Positions 1-10,994 of a DNA stretch of 64,000 nucleotides are shown here, piece by piece. A program made the translations under genes and the position numbers. Location of the stretch: contig CAVOVB010000001.1 of the NCBI GenBank assembly GCA_963699755.1, forward strand, positions 96,001-160,000. Direction: 5' to 3'. The notes beneath the pieces are model-generated. The model saw only the letters and a list, made by a program, of their open reading frames with translations, did no database searches and was not told the origin of the DNA. This DNA is from an uncultured delta proteobacterium (GTDB taxonomy: Bacteria; Myxococcota_A; Polyangia; Polyangiales; Houyiibacteriaceae). Position 1 is the stretch's first letter, and every line of letters starts with the position of its first letter.

Positions 1-516
1 AAGCCCGTCGAGGCGACGACCCTCATGCCCTCCAAAGGCGAGCGCTACTATTCGATCGCGCACGACCAGAAAGTCATCGTCGAGATTCCGTACTCGACCC
101 TCGCCAAGACGAGCCAGCAGGTGACCGGCTCCGGCGACAACGCCAACCTCGTGATGAAGAAGCTCGGCAAGGAGATCGTCAGCGGCATCGAGACCCGTCA
201 CATCCGCGTCATCGACAAAGACAATGATGCCGTCATCGACCTCTGGCTCACACAGAAGTACCCGGCTGATCTCTGGACGCGGGCGTTTCGAGGTCGGAAT
301 CTCGGGCTGGAGCTGTCTGACGACGAACGCAGCAAGGCAATGAAAAGATACGGGATCAAGCCTGGTTTCTCGATGAAGATGCGCGTTGCGCAGGCCGGCG
401 GCGTGCCTGTGGTCTTTCTGGTGAAAAAGGTCGAACGCATCCCGATTCCGCCCGAGGTCTTCGCGCTCCCCAAAGGCTATTCCCGCGTTCAAGGCCCAGC
501 CGAAGCGCAACCTTGA
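1..516 (+). CDS. DUF4412-like secreted protein, 5'-truncated by the window edge
   Basis: Frame is open from base 1. Contains KKLGKEIVSG..T.H and the C-terminal IPPEVFALPKGYSRV pattern typical of DUF4412-type proteins. Confidence 0.55.
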   Translation, partial: KPVEATTLMPSKGERYYSIAHDQKVIVEIPYSTLAKTSQQVTGSGDNANLVMKKLGKEIVSGIETRHIRVIDKDNDAVIDLWLTQKYPADLWTRAFRGRNLGLELSDDERSKAMKRYGIKPGFSMKMRVAQAGGVPVVFLVKKVERIPIPPEVFALPKGYSRVQGPAEAQP

Positions 517-585
517 CGCTTCGGCGCGACCTTGCGATATAGACCGCGATCATACGGCGGTGCAGGGGCGCCGGAAGGAGATTCT

Positions 586-1599
586 ATGACCAAGCAAATG
601 CTGTTGCGCGCGTTGATTCTGGGGTCCGCGCTGATCGTTCTAAACGGATGCAAGTCCGACACGGCCAAGGACGCCGAGGGGGGCCCTGTTCTCGTGCTCG
701 ACGCCGGCGCAGAGCCGCGCGAGACGCTTCGCTACAAGATTGCGCCCGGGACGACCACCACCGCGACCATGGACTTCGGCCTTGCCTCGATGGCCAGCTC
801 CCGGCGTGGCGCGGCCCTTTCGGTGACCCCCGGCGTCCGGCTGTTTATCGTTTCGGGCCCTTCCATGGAGGGAAAGCGGGGTAGCACGCGGTTCGACGTT
901 CGGATCGTCAAGGCCGAAGCCATCATCCCGGATGGGCTCGACCCGGTGGTCGCGCAAGATCTCAACAAGAGCGCCTCGGTGCTGAACAACGTCGGCGGCT
1001 GGGTCGAGGTCGATGACCGCGGCATCATCCAGAGAACCGAGCTCAACGAAGCCGCCAAGCGCTCGGACGTTCCGGTTCGGCTGCTGGTGATGATCATCAA
1101 CGCGCGCACCTCGCTCGCTCGCGTGCTGCTTCCGGCAGAGCCAGTGGGCGCCGGTGCCCGCTGGGAGGCACGCAAGGACCTCGTTCTGTACGGCTTCAAC
1201 GTGAGCCAGGTCGACACGTATACCCTCGAACAAAAGGTCGGCGACGAGCTCAAGCTCAACGTTCAGATCGCGCAAACCGCGCAGCCTCAGACAATCACCT
1301 TCGAAGAGGAAGGCGTCGAGCTCACCGTCGAGTCGTTCAAGATGAACGCCACCGGCCAGGTCATCGCGAACCTCAACGCGCTCGAAGCCAACGCCTCCGC
1401 GAGCGGCGAGTCCACTGGCATGTTGAACGTGAAGACCGTCGATGACTCCGAAGACATCGAGATCGATCGCGCATTCCAAGTTCGGATGACCGTGAGCTAC
1501 GATGTCGCCACGGCCGCGGCAGACGAGGCCGTAGAAAAGGCCCAGAGCACCAGAAAGGCCGCGGAGAAAGCCGGCAAGAAGCTAGAGACTCAAGAATAG
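586..1599 (+). CDS. Lipoprotein of unknown function (DUF6263-like)
   Basis: AAGGAG RBS before ATG 586, lipobox LNGC, motifs VLDAGAEPRETLRY and LPAEPVGAGARW. Confidence 0.6.
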   Translation: MTKQMLLRALILGSALIVLNGCKSDTAKDAEGGPVLVLDAGAEPRETLRYKIAPGTTTTATMDFGLASMASSRRGAALSVTPGVRLFIVSGPSMEGKRGSTRFDVRIVKAEAIIPDGLDPVVAQDLNKSASVLNNVGGWVEVDDRGIIQRTELNEAAKRSDVPVRLLVMIINARTSLARVLLPAEPVGAGARWEARKDLVLYGFNVSQVDTYTLEQKVGDELKLNVQIAQTAQPQTITFEEEGVELTVESFKMNATGQVIANLNALEANASASGESTGMLNVKTVDDSEDIEIDRAFQVRMTVSYDVATAAADEAVEKAQSTRKAAEKAGKKLETQE

Positions 1600-3794
1600 A
1601 GCGTCCCAGGCCAGAGCGTAGCCACGACGGCACGTTGAGCCCGCTCCCGCTTCCAGTACTCGGATTCGGGGTCGAGCTCGACGCTGCCGTCGATGAGCTT
1701 CTGGAGCGTGGCTTCGACGTCGCTGGCAAAGCCTGCGTCCTGGACGACGACGTTGGCCTCGCTCTCCCAAAAGCTCGCCGTCGCATCGAGGTTGGCCGAG
1801 CCGATGCTGGTGGCCAGCCCATCGACCGAGACGAGCTTGGCGTGGACGTAGGGTCGAATCCGGCCCCCGCGCGCCACGATCATGGGTGACGGCGGTGGAA
1901 CGAACTCGTAGATCTCGACGCCGGCCTGAAGCAAGGGCTCGAGCTTCGCCTTCACCATGTATTCGAACAGCGTGCGGTGAAGGGGCGCCGGAAAGAACGT
2001 CCCATCGTCGCGTCGAGCGGCGGCGTTTCCCGTGAGGAGCTTGACGCTCACGTCTTTGGCCAAGAGCCGATAAATGGCGCGCTCGAGGGCCGGGACGATC
2101 GGGTAATCGTTGACGATGTAGACGTGGTCCTCTGCGACGTCGAACATCGCCTCGTACATCGCAAGGCCATTGGTTTCCGCAAGACCGCGGTGCACGACCA
2201 GCCTTCCCGAAGAGGACCCAGTCGGCTCGAGCTCGGGCATCGTTGCCTCGTCACTCTGAATTGGCGCGCCGCCATGCCGGTGCCAGGTCCCCATGAAGGT
2301 CTCTTGAACCAGGCGCACCAGAGGCCCGGTCACTTCCACATGCGCATCGAGCCAGGGAATGCGTTCGTGACGCGTGTTGTCGTGCACCGGAACCTCGCCG
2401 AAGCCGGTGTAGTACGCGTCGCTCGCATTCCGCCCGGACACGAACGCCCTCCGGCCGTCGAGGATGACCAGCTTGCGGTGGTCTCTCTTCTTGAGTCGCG
2501 AGACGTCGACTTGCTTTCGCGACTCGATCGGGTTCACCGCGAGCACCTCGATGTTCTCCTCTTCCTTCAGCGAGAGGATCAAGGGATTGAGGCGTCCGAA
2601 GACCTCCTCGTCTGAGTAGAGCGCATCGACCATGAACCGAACCTTGACGCCGGCACGCGCACGCTGAATGAGGCGAACGATCAGGTGCTCGGTGAAGACG
2701 CTCGGCTGAACCATGTAGAACTGGATGTGAATCGTCGCGGAGGCTTCATCGAACGCCGCTAGTAGGCGACGCCTGGCCTCGGCGTTGTCGAGCTCGGCAT
2801 GAAACGAGTTGCCCGGAATCAGTCTCGATTGGGTGGTCTGGTCGAGTCGCCAGTCGAGCGGATTGCTGTTCGCCCTGTCGTGCAGCAACTGGGCCGCCTG
2901 CTCCATCTCGGCGGAAAACGAGCCGGCAAGTGCCCGGCTCACAGCCTTCGCTGGCGTTAGCACGCTGACCTGCGACGGACGATCTTCTTCGGGACCCTCG
3001 TCTCGTTCGGTCAGGATCGTAGTCACCGGAACTCCCTTCGCGCGGAGACGGCAGATTGCGGTCGATGCAAACATGTCGACGAAATCGACGCCCAGGCTCC
3101 TCAGCTCCTCCTCCTCAGCCGAGTACACGAGGATCGCACCTGGCGGCAGCCGCTGGGCGCGAAGCGCGTCGCGAATCAGCGGGTCGCGGTTCTTCTCGTG
3201 GATGTCGAAATAGACGAGCTCGAAACCCTCGTCGATCAGCGCGCGGAGCGCTTTGACGGGCGAAGCCGCCGGGACGGGCTGCTCCGGTCGAGGAGGAAGC
3301 AACAGCGCCGCATCCACGAGCACGACCGGCCTGCCGCTAGCAACCTGCAGCAAACGATGTCCAAAGAGATCGGTCACGACCTGACCCTTGTCATTGCAGA
3401 TCGCGACGCTCACGCGGTGAAGGCCCGGCCCGGGTGCATCGATCACCGCGCGTACCTCTGCGCTGCTGCCGATGGACATCTCAGCGGCCACCGCGTCATC
3501 CACGTAGAACCTAGCGACCGTCCCGAGCTTGGCGGAAACACCCAGGCTCGCCGAGAGCTCGACCGATTCCCCCGGGCTCGTGAGCTGGTCGCGCTGCACC
3601 CCGCCGAGAATGCGCCGAAGCCCTGGGTTCCGACCCCAGCGCTCCATCGTGGTGCCGAGCGAACGGGCCGCTGCGTCTAGGATGGAGGGCGACTCCTCGC
3701 TGGTCGCAAAGCGCTTGTCGACCTCCCCGGCAATCGTCGCGGCGATTCGTCGGATTCGCTCGCCCAGGTCCTCGCTCGTCTCTTCTTCGCTCAC
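1590..3794 (-). CDS. Phospholipase D / cardiolipin synthase-like protein with a long N-terminal extension
   Basis: Two HKD motifs (HRKLVILD, HAKLVSVD) and GSANLD. Start moved to GTG 3794 to avoid overlap with hpt. Confidence 0.85.
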   Translation of the reverse strand: MSEEETSEDLGERIRRIAATIAGEVDKRFATSEESPSILDAAARSLGTTMERWGRNPGLRRILGGVQRDQLTSPGESVELSASLGVSAKLGTVARFYVDDAVAAEMSIGSSAEVRAVIDAPGPGLHRVSVAICNDKGQVVTDLFGHRLLQVASGRPVVLVDAALLLPPRPEQPVPAASPVKALRALIDEGFELVYFDIHEKNRDPLIRDALRAQRLPPGAILVYSAEEEELRSLGVDFVDMFASTAICRLRAKGVPVTTILTERDEGPEEDRPSQVSVLTPAKAVSRALAGSFSAEMEQAAQLLHDRANSNPLDWRLDQTTQSRLIPGNSFHAELDNAEARRRLLAAFDEASATIHIQFYMVQPSVFTEHLIVRLIQRARAGVKVRFMVDALYSDEEVFGRLNPLILSLKEEENIEVLAVNPIESRKQVDVSRLKKRDHRKLVILDGRRAFVSGRNASDAYYTGFGEVPVHDNTRHERIPWLDAHVEVTGPLVRLVQETFMGTWHRHGGAPIQSDEATMPELEPTGSSSGRLVVHRGLAETNGLAMYEAMFDVAEDHVYIVNDYPIVPALERAIYRLLAKDVSVKLLTGNAAARRDDGTFFPAPLHRTLFEYMVKAKLEPLLQAGVEIYEFVPPPSPMIVARGGRIRPYVHAKLVSVDGLATSIGSANLDATASFWESEANVVVQDAGFASDVEATLQKLIDGSVELDPESEYWKRERAQRAVVATLWPGTLYS

Positions 3795-3813
3795 AGCGGC
3801 CAGTATAGGCCGC

Positions 3814-4338
3814 TCAGGCCTCGTCGTCGGCGAGGACCGCGAGGTAGGGCAGATTCCTGAACTTCTGGGCGTAGTCGAGGCCGTATCCGACGATGAACGC
3901 ATCATCCACGGTGAAGCCGAGGTAGTCGATCTGCACCGGCATGCGGGTGCGCGCGGGCTTGTGAAGCAGGGACGCGACCTTCACGGACGCCGGCTGACGC
4001 GTCGCCAAGTTCTGGCGGAGATAGGCCACGGTGAGCCCGGTATCGACGATATCCTCGACCAGGATCACGTGCTTGCCTTCGATCGACCGGCTCAAGTCCG
4101 TCGTGATCTGCACCACACCGCTGCTCGTGTGCTGGTCGCCGTAGCTACGGACCCCGAGGAAGTCAATGGCCACATCGAGATCGATCTGACGCACCAAGTC
4201 TGCGGCGAACACGTAGCTGCCCTTGAGAACCGGGACGACGACCAGGTCCTTTCCGAGATAGTCTTCGGTGATGGCGCGGCCTAGGTCCGCGACCCGCCGA
4301 CCAATCGTCTCCGCGTCGATCAGTAGCTTCAGCGACAT
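3814..4338 (-). CDS. hpt: Hypoxanthine phosphoribosyltransferase
   Basis: [16 protein letters not shown] motif [31 protein letters not shown]. Confidence 0.95.
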   Translation of the reverse strand: MSLKLLIDAETIGRRVADLGRAITEDYLGKDLVVVPVLKGSYVFAADLVRQIDLDVAIDFLGVRSYGDQHTSSGVVQITTDLSRSIEGKHVILVEDIVDTGLTVAYLRQNLATRQPASVKVASLLHKPARTRMPVQIDYLGFTVDDAFIVGYGLDYAQKFRNLPYLAVLADDEA

Positions 4339-4348
4339 GAAAGCCAAT

Positions 4349-6229
4349 TCAGTTCGCAGAGAATACGATCGGGAACTTCGCGGGTCCGCCTTCGGAGGAC
4401 CTCGGGAACCGCCAGCGCCGGACCGAGGCTTCAACGCACTCGGCGAGACCACCCGGGCCATTGCCGTCCGCGCTCACGTCCTTCACGCGTCCAGACGCTG
4501 CTACGATCACGGACACGTCCAAGCGAACGGACTCCGGTGACTGCTGCCCCCGAATCGCTCGCTCGTAGCAACGCTGCAAGCGCGGCTTGTTCGTCGTCAC
4601 GGTTGCTCGGACCCCGTCGCCATCGAGCGGTTTGTTGCCGGCCTGGTTGCTGACCACCTTCTTCACCGCGATCTCTGCGGGGGCAGCATCGGAGCTCGAT
4701 TCGAACTCGTCGAGAATCTTCTGCTCCTCGGCGCTCAAGGAGCCTTTGTCCGATGCTTCTTGGACAGTTTCGGAGCGTGCGGTCGGGCGTGTTTTCGCGG
4801 TTGGCCGAGGTGCCGGTGCCATCGTCGGCCCGTCATTCGCCGGGTTGGGTGGCTCGAACACCAGCTTGGCTTCTGTGCTCTCCCTAGGAGCCGCCGTAGC
4901 CGGCGTAGCGCGGGCTGGCACGCGCTTGCCCGACTCGCTCTCTGTCACCTTCGCAGCGTCGCTGTCCGACCCGGTCGATGGCTCCGTTCCTGCTGGCGCC
5001 GTCGCGGCTGGATCGGTTCCTACGGCCGTCGCGGGTTCGGAAGATACAGCCGTCGCTGGCCCCCGCAGCGCGCCGGACGCCGCTCTTTTGCGAGTCGCCT
5101 CGCCCCTTCGCGCAGAATCGACCCGCGTCGAAACGCCAGCGCCCAGCCACTCATCCAGCACCGAATCGCCGAAACGCTCGTACATCAGAAACGCCACGAC
5201 GCCCGTGAGGAAGATCACGGCAAAGATCAGCGCCAACACCCCTAGCGAAAGACCACGGCGCGGCTCGGCATTTGCCGCGGCAGCTGCAGGAGGCGCCGAC
5301 GGCACCGAGACCCCTTCCCCCAGCGCGGCCGGAAGTCCGGAAAACGACCCCAGCGGGGGCGATGACCCGAACACTGAGGGAGGCCCGATCGGCGCAGGAG
5401 GTTGCGACATGTCCCGAAGCGGCCAGGGCGGCTCTCCTTCGGGCGCCAGCGAATCAGCCAGTGCAGCGAACTCGCCGGGCGCTCCCGACGCCGAGGCGCG
5501 GTATGCGGGACCAGCGACGACGGTCAGCTGAGACGACTCGGAAATCGAAGTGCGTGAGTCGACGAAAGGCGGCATCGACGAAAACGACGTCCGCTGCGGA
5601 GGACCCGAGTATCGACGTTCGTGTAGCAAAGCCATCAGCTCTGGGACGGTCGCCAGTGGACGCCATTCATCGAAACCCTCTCGCCACACCAGCGAGTACT
5701 CACTGACGGCGCCCGCATCGATCTTGTGGCCCATCTCCTCGAGTCGGACAGGGCCGACCGGGACGTCGTTGATCGATACGTGCCACGCGGGCGCCTCGCC
5801 AGCGATGGCAAGTCGAGGACCGGCAGGCGCCATTGGAAGCGCTGGTGCCAAGCCTGGATGTTGACCCACGAACGCGCTGCTCGCGGCCGCTGGAATCGAC
5901 GAGAGCCTGCGTGACACAGCAGATGGACGACGTGGTGGAACGGATGGCGGCCTGCGCCGAACAGGCGAAGAGGGACGGCGCGAGCGCGCCGTGGGCGCCT
6001 CTTGGGCAAATCGAGCCGTGGCCTCGGTCGGTCGTCGTCTGACCGTTTCGGCATGATAGGCCGACCCCGCAGGAACGGTCCTTTCCGCATCGGGTGCATG
6101 GCCGTCGATCAGGATCTTGTGATTGCACTTGCGACAGGGAAACCGAACGACACGACCCCGAACCTTCTCGTCGGCGATCTTGTACTTGGCATGGCAGCTA
6201 TCGCACTCGAATCTCATCGCTCTCGTCAT
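4349..6229 (-). CDS. Zinc-ribbon + GYF_2 + TM + TonB-C-like membrane protein (AgmX/GltJ-like)
   Basis: N-terminal CDSC..CRKC ribbon, GYF_2-like [14 protein letters not shown], one TM helix, C-terminal LQRCYERA...[12 protein letters not shown]. Confidence 0.75.
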   Translation of the reverse strand: MTRAMRFECDSCHAKYKIADEKVRGRVVRFPCRKCNHKILIDGHAPDAERTVPAGSAYHAETVRRRPTEATARFAQEAPTARSRRPSSPVRRRPPSVPPRRPSAVSRRLSSIPAAASSAFVGQHPGLAPALPMAPAGPRLAIAGEAPAWHVSINDVPVGPVRLEEMGHKIDAGAVSEYSLVWREGFDEWRPLATVPELMALLHERRYSGPPQRTSFSSMPPFVDSRTSISESSQLTVVAGPAYRASASGAPGEFAALADSLAPEGEPPWPLRDMSQPPAPIGPPSVFGSSPPLGSFSGLPAALGEGVSVPSAPPAAAAANAEPRRGLSLGVLALIFAVIFLTGVVAFLMYERFGDSVLDEWLGAGVSTRVDSARRGEATRKRAASGALRGPATAVSSEPATAVGTDPAATAPAGTEPSTGSDSDAAKVTESESGKRVPARATPATAAPRESTEAKLVFEPPNPANDGPTMAPAPRPTAKTRPTARSETVQEASDKGSLSAEEQKILDEFESSSDAAPAEIAVKKVVSNQAGNKPLDGDGVRATVTTNKPRLQRCYERAIRGQQSPESVRLDVSVIVAASGRVKDVSADGNGPGGLAECVEASVRRWRFPRSSEGGPAKFPIVFSAN

Positions 6230-6324
6230 CTGTACGCCGACCCACTGACTTGCGCCCATTCCAGAGTGGCATCGACAAGATGCTAGCGCGAATCAACGCT
6301 GCATTCCAGTTGTAACGCAAAATT

Positions 6325-6807
6325 TCACATTCCAGAAAGGACGAAATAGCGGCCCTGAAGCTCGTCATAGAGAAGGACCAGCCGGTTTTCCCCGATGCGA
6401 CGCGACCAGCGCTGATCCTCCTCATCGTAGGCGATTCGGAAGCTCGCGCTGTAGCGGTAGGCGATCAGCACGCGGTCCATTTCCCGAGTGATTGTACGGT
6501 ACTTGATCTCGTAGCGGACGTCGGTGACCCGCTCCCGCCAGCGGCTTAGCTTCTGCTGGAGCGCCCGATAGTCCAGGTCGTCGTCGCCCGAGGGGGTGCC
6601 ATTGTCGTCCAGGTACTGCTGATGCGCCATGGCCAAGAGAGCCCCCACATCTCGTGATTCGACCGCATGTCGGTAGTTCTCCATGAACGTGATGACCGAC
6701 CGATTCTCTGGGGTGTCCTTCACGGTGGTGTTCGGGATGTTCTTCTGGCAGCCCGCAGCCGCCGCGAGCGCCGCACAAAGCGCTACGGCGGTTAGGGTTC
6801 TACGCAT
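6325..6807 (-). CDS. NTF2-like fold lipoprotein
   Basis: Lipobox AAGC. Motifs YRHAVESRDVGALLAMA and YLDDNGTP seen in myxobacterial lipoproteins. Confidence 0.55.
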   Translation of the reverse strand: MRRTLTAVALCAALAAAAGCQKNIPNTTVKDTPENRSVITFMENYRHAVESRDVGALLAMAHQQYLDDNGTPSGDDDLDYRALQQKLSRWRERVTDVRYEIKYRTITREMDRVLIAYRYSASFRIAYDEEDQRWSRRIGENRLVLLYDELQGRYFVLSGM

Positions 6808-6867
6808 ACAGCACATCACAGCTCTAACGCTCCTCTTTGCCACGTCATTCCCACTATCCATCAGCGG

Positions 6868-8226
6868 CTATTGAATCCCATAATCTTTGATTTTGTAAAG
6901 AAGAGCCCGGTGGCTGATCTCGAGCAGCTTGGAGGCCGCCGTCCGGTTGCCGCCGGTCTTCTCGAGAGCCCTGCGAATGAGGGTCTCCTCCATGAATCGA
7001 GCGGTTCTCTTGATCGAGAGCTCCCCGGTGGCAAGGCTCGCCGCAACCGGATCGGCGGGCTCGCGCATCCGCTCGGGCAGATCGGCCACCGTGATCATGT
7101 CCCCGTCCGCCAGAACGACCGCACGCTCGATGGTGTTCTCCAGCTCGCGGACGTTGCCGGGCCAGGGGTAGTCCAGCAGAAGCTTGCGAGTGCGCTGATC
7201 CAAGTCTCGGATCTTGGTGCCGAGTCGGCGATTGTTGCGTTCGATGAAATGCTCCACCAGCAACATGATGTCGTCACGTCGATCGCGAAGCGGCGGGACG
7301 TTGATCTGCAACACGTTGAGTCGATAATAGAGGTCTTCGCGGAAGCGTTTCTGTTCCACTTCGCGACGGAGGTTACGCACGGTTGCAGCGATCACGCGCA
7401 CATCGACATTTTGGTCGCGGGTCGCGCCGAGTGGTCGCATGGCGCCTTCCTGTAAGACGCGCAGCAACTTCACCTGCAACGACAGTGGAAGCTCGCCGAT
7501 TTCGTCGAGGAAGAGCGTGCCCTGGTCAGCCTCCGCAAAGAGGCCCTTCTTGTCGGCGTGCGCATCCGTGAACGCACCCCTTTTGTGGCCAAAAAGCTCG
7601 CTCTCGAGGAGCGTCTCCGGAATGGCGCCGCAGTTGAGGGGGATGAAGGGTTTGTCCTTGCGCGAGCTGCCTTCGTGAAGCGCCCGCGCGACGAGCTCCT
7701 TGCCCGTCCCGCTTTCTCCTTGAATCAACACCGTCGTCTTGTGCTCGGCTACTTTGTCGATCGTAGAGAAGACTTTCTTGATGGCGTCGCTCTTGCCGAG
7801 GATCCCGTGAACGGTCTGCTCCTTGCGCATCGCCTCCTTGAGAGCACGGTTCTCGCGGCGTAGTGATTCGCGCTCTTCGGCTTTGGTGAGCGCGAGTAGA
7901 ACTTCGTCTTGCTTGAAGGGCTTCGAGATATAGTCGTACGCGCCGGCCTTCATCGCTTCGATCGCGAGGTCGACCGAGCCGTAGGCGCTCATCAAGATCA
8001 CGGTGGCCAGCGACGAGCGCGCCTTGAGCTCGGCGCAGAGCTCTATCCCGGTCATCCCGCTCATCCTGACATCCGCGAGCACGAAGTCCGGATCGAAGCG
8101 CTCGAGCTGCTCCAAGCCGGTCTCGGCGCTTTCGGCCGTCTCGACCTGGTAGTCGTGCTTCTTGAGCAGCGTGCGGAGCACGAGCCTGATGTTTTCTTCG
8201 TCGTCGACGACTAGAACGCGGCGCAT
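6868..8226 (-). CDS. Sigma-54-dependent response regulator (NtrC family enhancer-binding protein)
   Basis: Receiver VLVVDDE, GESGTGKE, GAFTDA, WPGNVREL, Fis-type HTH. Confidence 0.95.
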   Translation of the reverse strand: MRRVLVVDDEENIRLVLRTLLKKHDYQVETAESAETGLEQLERFDPDFVLADVRMSGMTGIELCAELKARSSLATVILMSAYGSVDLAIEAMKAGAYDYISKPFKQDEVLLALTKAEERESLRRENRALKEAMRKEQTVHGILGKSDAIKKVFSTIDKVAEHKTTVLIQGESGTGKELVARALHEGSSRKDKPFIPLNCGAIPETLLESELFGHKRGAFTDAHADKKGLFAEADQGTLFLDEIGELPLSLQVKLLRVLQEGAMRPLGATRDQNVDVRVIAATVRNLRREVEQKRFREDLYYRLNVLQINVPPLRDRRDDIMLLVEHFIERNNRRLGTKIRDLDQRTRKLLLDYPWPGNVRELENTIERAVVLADGDMITVADLPERMREPADPVAASLATGELSIKRTARFMEETLIRRALEKTGGNRTAASKLLEISHRALLYKIKDYGIQ

Positions 8227-8252
8227 GGATTCAACTCGATACTTTCTGCATA

Positions 8253-8267
8253 GCAGAATGTTGGCCA
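8253..8267 (-). promoter_or_regulatory. Possible sigma-54 -24/-12 promoter for the NtrC-family gene
   Basis: Minus strand TGGCCAACATTCTGC has correct GG-N10-GC spacing about 27 nt upstream of the ATG. Confidence 0.4.
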
Positions 8268-8384
8268 TAGAAAAAATTTCATAATTCTCGACGGATAAGG
8301 CGAGGTCTGCTGTAAAGTTCTCGCTTGATTGGCCTCAATGCGCTCGAGTGGGTATGATTTCCCTGTCGGGTAGGGGGACAAGAC

Positions 8385-10241
8385 ATGAAGATCCGCTTTG
8401 CTTTTTTACTTGTGATCGTGGGGCTCATCGCCACCGTCAGCAGCTGTACGAAGCGGCCGCTGGACGCGCTCAATCCATGCACGATCAACGGCGTCGTCCA
8501 GAACGTGCCGGTCAACCCACAGCGCGCCTTGGACTTGCTGATCCTGATCGACGACTCGCCTTCGATGCGTGAAGAGCAGGCCAAGCTCGCCGAGCAGGTC
8601 CCCGCTCTCGTGAACATTTTGCTCACCGGTGGTGTCGGCACGGATGCGGTAGATGACTTTCCTCCCGTAGCAAACCTCCACGTCGGCGTGATCACACCAG
8701 ACCTAGGCTACTCGACCGAGCCGCCGACGAACTACACGGTGGGAGTGAACTTCAATCCGACGGGCGCGTGCACGAGCACTGGCAAGGCGGGTTTCATGCA
8801 GGTGACGGGCCTGGCTGGCACGCCGCAGGAATGTTCCGCTCAGACGCCGCCCCTCGATACGCCCTACCTCAACTATCCCGAGCCCCCATTCACCCAAGCT
8901 GACTTCATCAGCGATGTCACCTGCGTGACCGGACAGGCGGACGGCTGCGGCTTTGAACAGCAGCTCGAGGCCATCCTCGCCTCCGACCGCAACACTGGGA
9001 ATAGCGGATTCAATCGTGACGACGCCTTGCTCGCAATCATCATGATCACCGACGAGGATGACTGCTCGACGAGCGACCCGCGCGTCTTCGACGTCGACCC
9101 CCGAAGCCCCGATCTCAATCCCTATCAGGGGCCCTTCGCGGACCCACCCACCGACTCGCTGGTGCAATTCAACCTGCGGTGCTGGCGGCACAGCGAAGCC
9201 TTGCAGAAGATTCAGCGCTACGTGGACGGCATCGCCAACCTCAAAGCCGACCCCAGCCAGGTCGTCTTTGCCGCGATCACAGGCATTCCCGAGGACAGCG
9301 TGCTCGACCGCGCAAACTTCAACAGCGATGAAGAGCGGTACAACGCGATCCTGGCCCATCCGGGCATGGTGGAAGAGCCGAATCCGACTGAAGACGAAGA
9401 ACAGGACCAGGCCCTCACCCCGGCGTGCATCGCAGGAGACGGTTCGGGCGCTGCGGCTCCGGGTGTCCGCATCGTGGAGACGATGAGGGGCCTTGCCGAC
9501 AGCAACTCCGGCGTGGGCACGGTCGTCGAGTCGATTTGTGCCGACGACTACGCGCCTGCGCTCAACGCGATTGTCGACCGCATCGCCGCAGCGCTGCGCC
9601 AGCTTTGTCTACCGCGACCGCTCAACCGCGACTCGAAGGGCCTCGTCGGATGCGAGGTCCGCGAAGTTCAGCCCGCCGGCGTCGAGTGCGACGATGCACG
9701 TGGCCGCGTCTTGATCGGAACGGAGGATGTCGGCCCCACCGGAGAATCCGATGTCCGGAACGTGTGTCGCATCACGCAGCTACCGACCAGAAAGGACGAC
9801 GTCGATCCGCCTGAAGGACTCGGTTGGTTCTACGACGACTTCACCGACGAGACGGCAGGCGCCTGCTCGTTCAATCCCTTGCCACAGCGCGTCAGTTTCA
9901 CCGAAGGAGCAGATCCGGTTTCGGGCGCGCGCGTTCGCTTCGAATGCCTGCAAACCGCACCGCCTCAAGACGTCGACATCGGCTGGCCCTGCGACATCGA
10001 CACCGACTGCAATCCAGACCCTGCGAACTGCCTCGAGGGCGAAGCCTTGACCGCATGCGAGACACGCATCCTCAAGGAGCGCTACGACCGGGACAACCTC
10101 GAGCTCGTCTGCGATACCGACACGAACACCTGCCAGCTGACCTGCGAGAGCAACGTCCAGTGCCCAGGTGGCTTCGCCTGCTACGACGAAAGCGAAGACG
10201 GCAGCAGCTACTGCGTCAACCCGACCTGCACCCTCAACTAG
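8385..10241 (+). CDS. vWA-domain, Cys-rich lipoprotein (myxobacterial type)
   Basis: Lipobox VSSC, MIDAS-like LLILIDDSPSM, ITDEDDCS, Cys-rich C-terminus. Confidence 0.75.
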   Translation: MKIRFAFLLVIVGLIATVSSCTKRPLDALNPCTINGVVQNVPVNPQRALDLLILIDDSPSMREEQAKLAEQVPALVNILLTGGVGTDAVDDFPPVANLHVGVITPDLGYSTEPPTNYTVGVNFNPTGACTSTGKAGFMQVTGLAGTPQECSAQTPPLDTPYLNYPEPPFTQADFISDVTCVTGQADGCGFEQQLEAILASDRNTGNSGFNRDDALLAIIMITDEDDCSTSDPRVFDVDPRSPDLNPYQGPFADPPTDSLVQFNLRCWRHSEALQKIQRYVDGIANLKADPSQVVFAAITGIPEDSVLDRANFNSDEERYNAILAHPGMVEEPNPTEDEEQDQALTPACIAGDGSGAAAPGVRIVETMRGLADSNSGVGTVVESICADDYAPALNAIVDRIAAALRQLCLPRPLNRDSKGLVGCEVREVQPAGVECDDARGRVLIGTEDVGPTGESDVRNVCRITQLPTRKDDVDPPEGLGWFYDDFTDETAGACSFNPLPQRVSFTEGADPVSGARVRFECLQTAPPQDVDIGWPCDIDTDCNPDPANCLEGEALTACETRILKERYDRDNLELVCDTDTNTCQLTCESNVQCPGGFACYDESEDGSSYCVNPTCTLN

Positions 10242-10340
10242 CGAGCGAGAGGATAATGCTCGGAGCGTTGGCTTCGATACCCAGAGCCGCCCTGAGCGGG
10301 TGAGCGGGGCACAATTCCGTGTCATTGTAGTGGCTGCCCG

Positions 10341-10994
10341 ATGCCCACCCCTCCCCCATTCGACGCTCGGCAGGCGCTGAGGTTCGTCACGCATGCGCTC
10401 GGAGGCCGAGTCGCGATCCCTTTGAGCGCGATCCGCAGTCGCCTCGGTCCGATGTTCGAGAAGGTCTCTCTGAGGATCGAAGCCGTGAGCCCGGGTTTAC
10501 GTCTCGAAGGCGAGGCTCACGCGCTGGGTGCGCCGATTCGCTTCGCGGCCCGCATCGACGCGGAGGGCGTGCGGGTCGAGGGCGAGCAACGAACGGTGCG
10601 AATCCGGCTGAGCGAGCTCGCGCTCTCGACGCCCGACGACGCGCCGGGTCCGCTCGCGGAAGCGATTCGCACCGGGATGATCGACACGAAGCATCCGGCG
10701 ACCCTGATCGGGAACATGGTTTCGCTCCCGGACATGGTGGTCGCGGCGGAGGGTCAGGACTTGGTGATCGACTTGATGAAGGCTCCCGCCATCGAGCGCG
10801 ATGAGATTCTGAAAGCGGCTCTCGCGGCGGCGACGAGCTACCTCGGCGTGACTGGGATTCGCGCTTCGGACGATGCCATCGAGCTCCAACTCGGGCTCTT
10901 GCCGGGCGGCGTGAAGGAGGCGGCGCTGAGCACGGCGCGCGCGGCGCTGATGCCGGCGGTGCATTTCCTCTGGCCCGAAGGAACGAAACGATGA
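10341..10994 (+). CDS. Hypothetical protein
   Basis: 217-aa ORF whose stop overlaps the next start (ATGA). First gene of the operon. Confidence 0.6.
   Translation: MPTPPPFDARQALRFVTHALGGRVAIPLSAIRSRLGPMFEKVSLRIEAVSPGLRLEGEAHALGAPIRFAARIDAEGVRVEGEQRTVRIRLSELALSTPDDAPGPLAEAIRTGMIDTKHPATLIGNMVSLPDMVVAAEGQDLVIDLMKAPAIERDEILKAALAAATSYLGVTGIRASDDAIELQLGLLPGGVKEAALSTARAALMPAVHFLWPEGTKR

Noticed and set aside
8330..8345. Sigma-54 promoter for the vWA gene (TGGCCTCAATGCGC)
   Set aside because: GG-to-GC spacing is off by one base.
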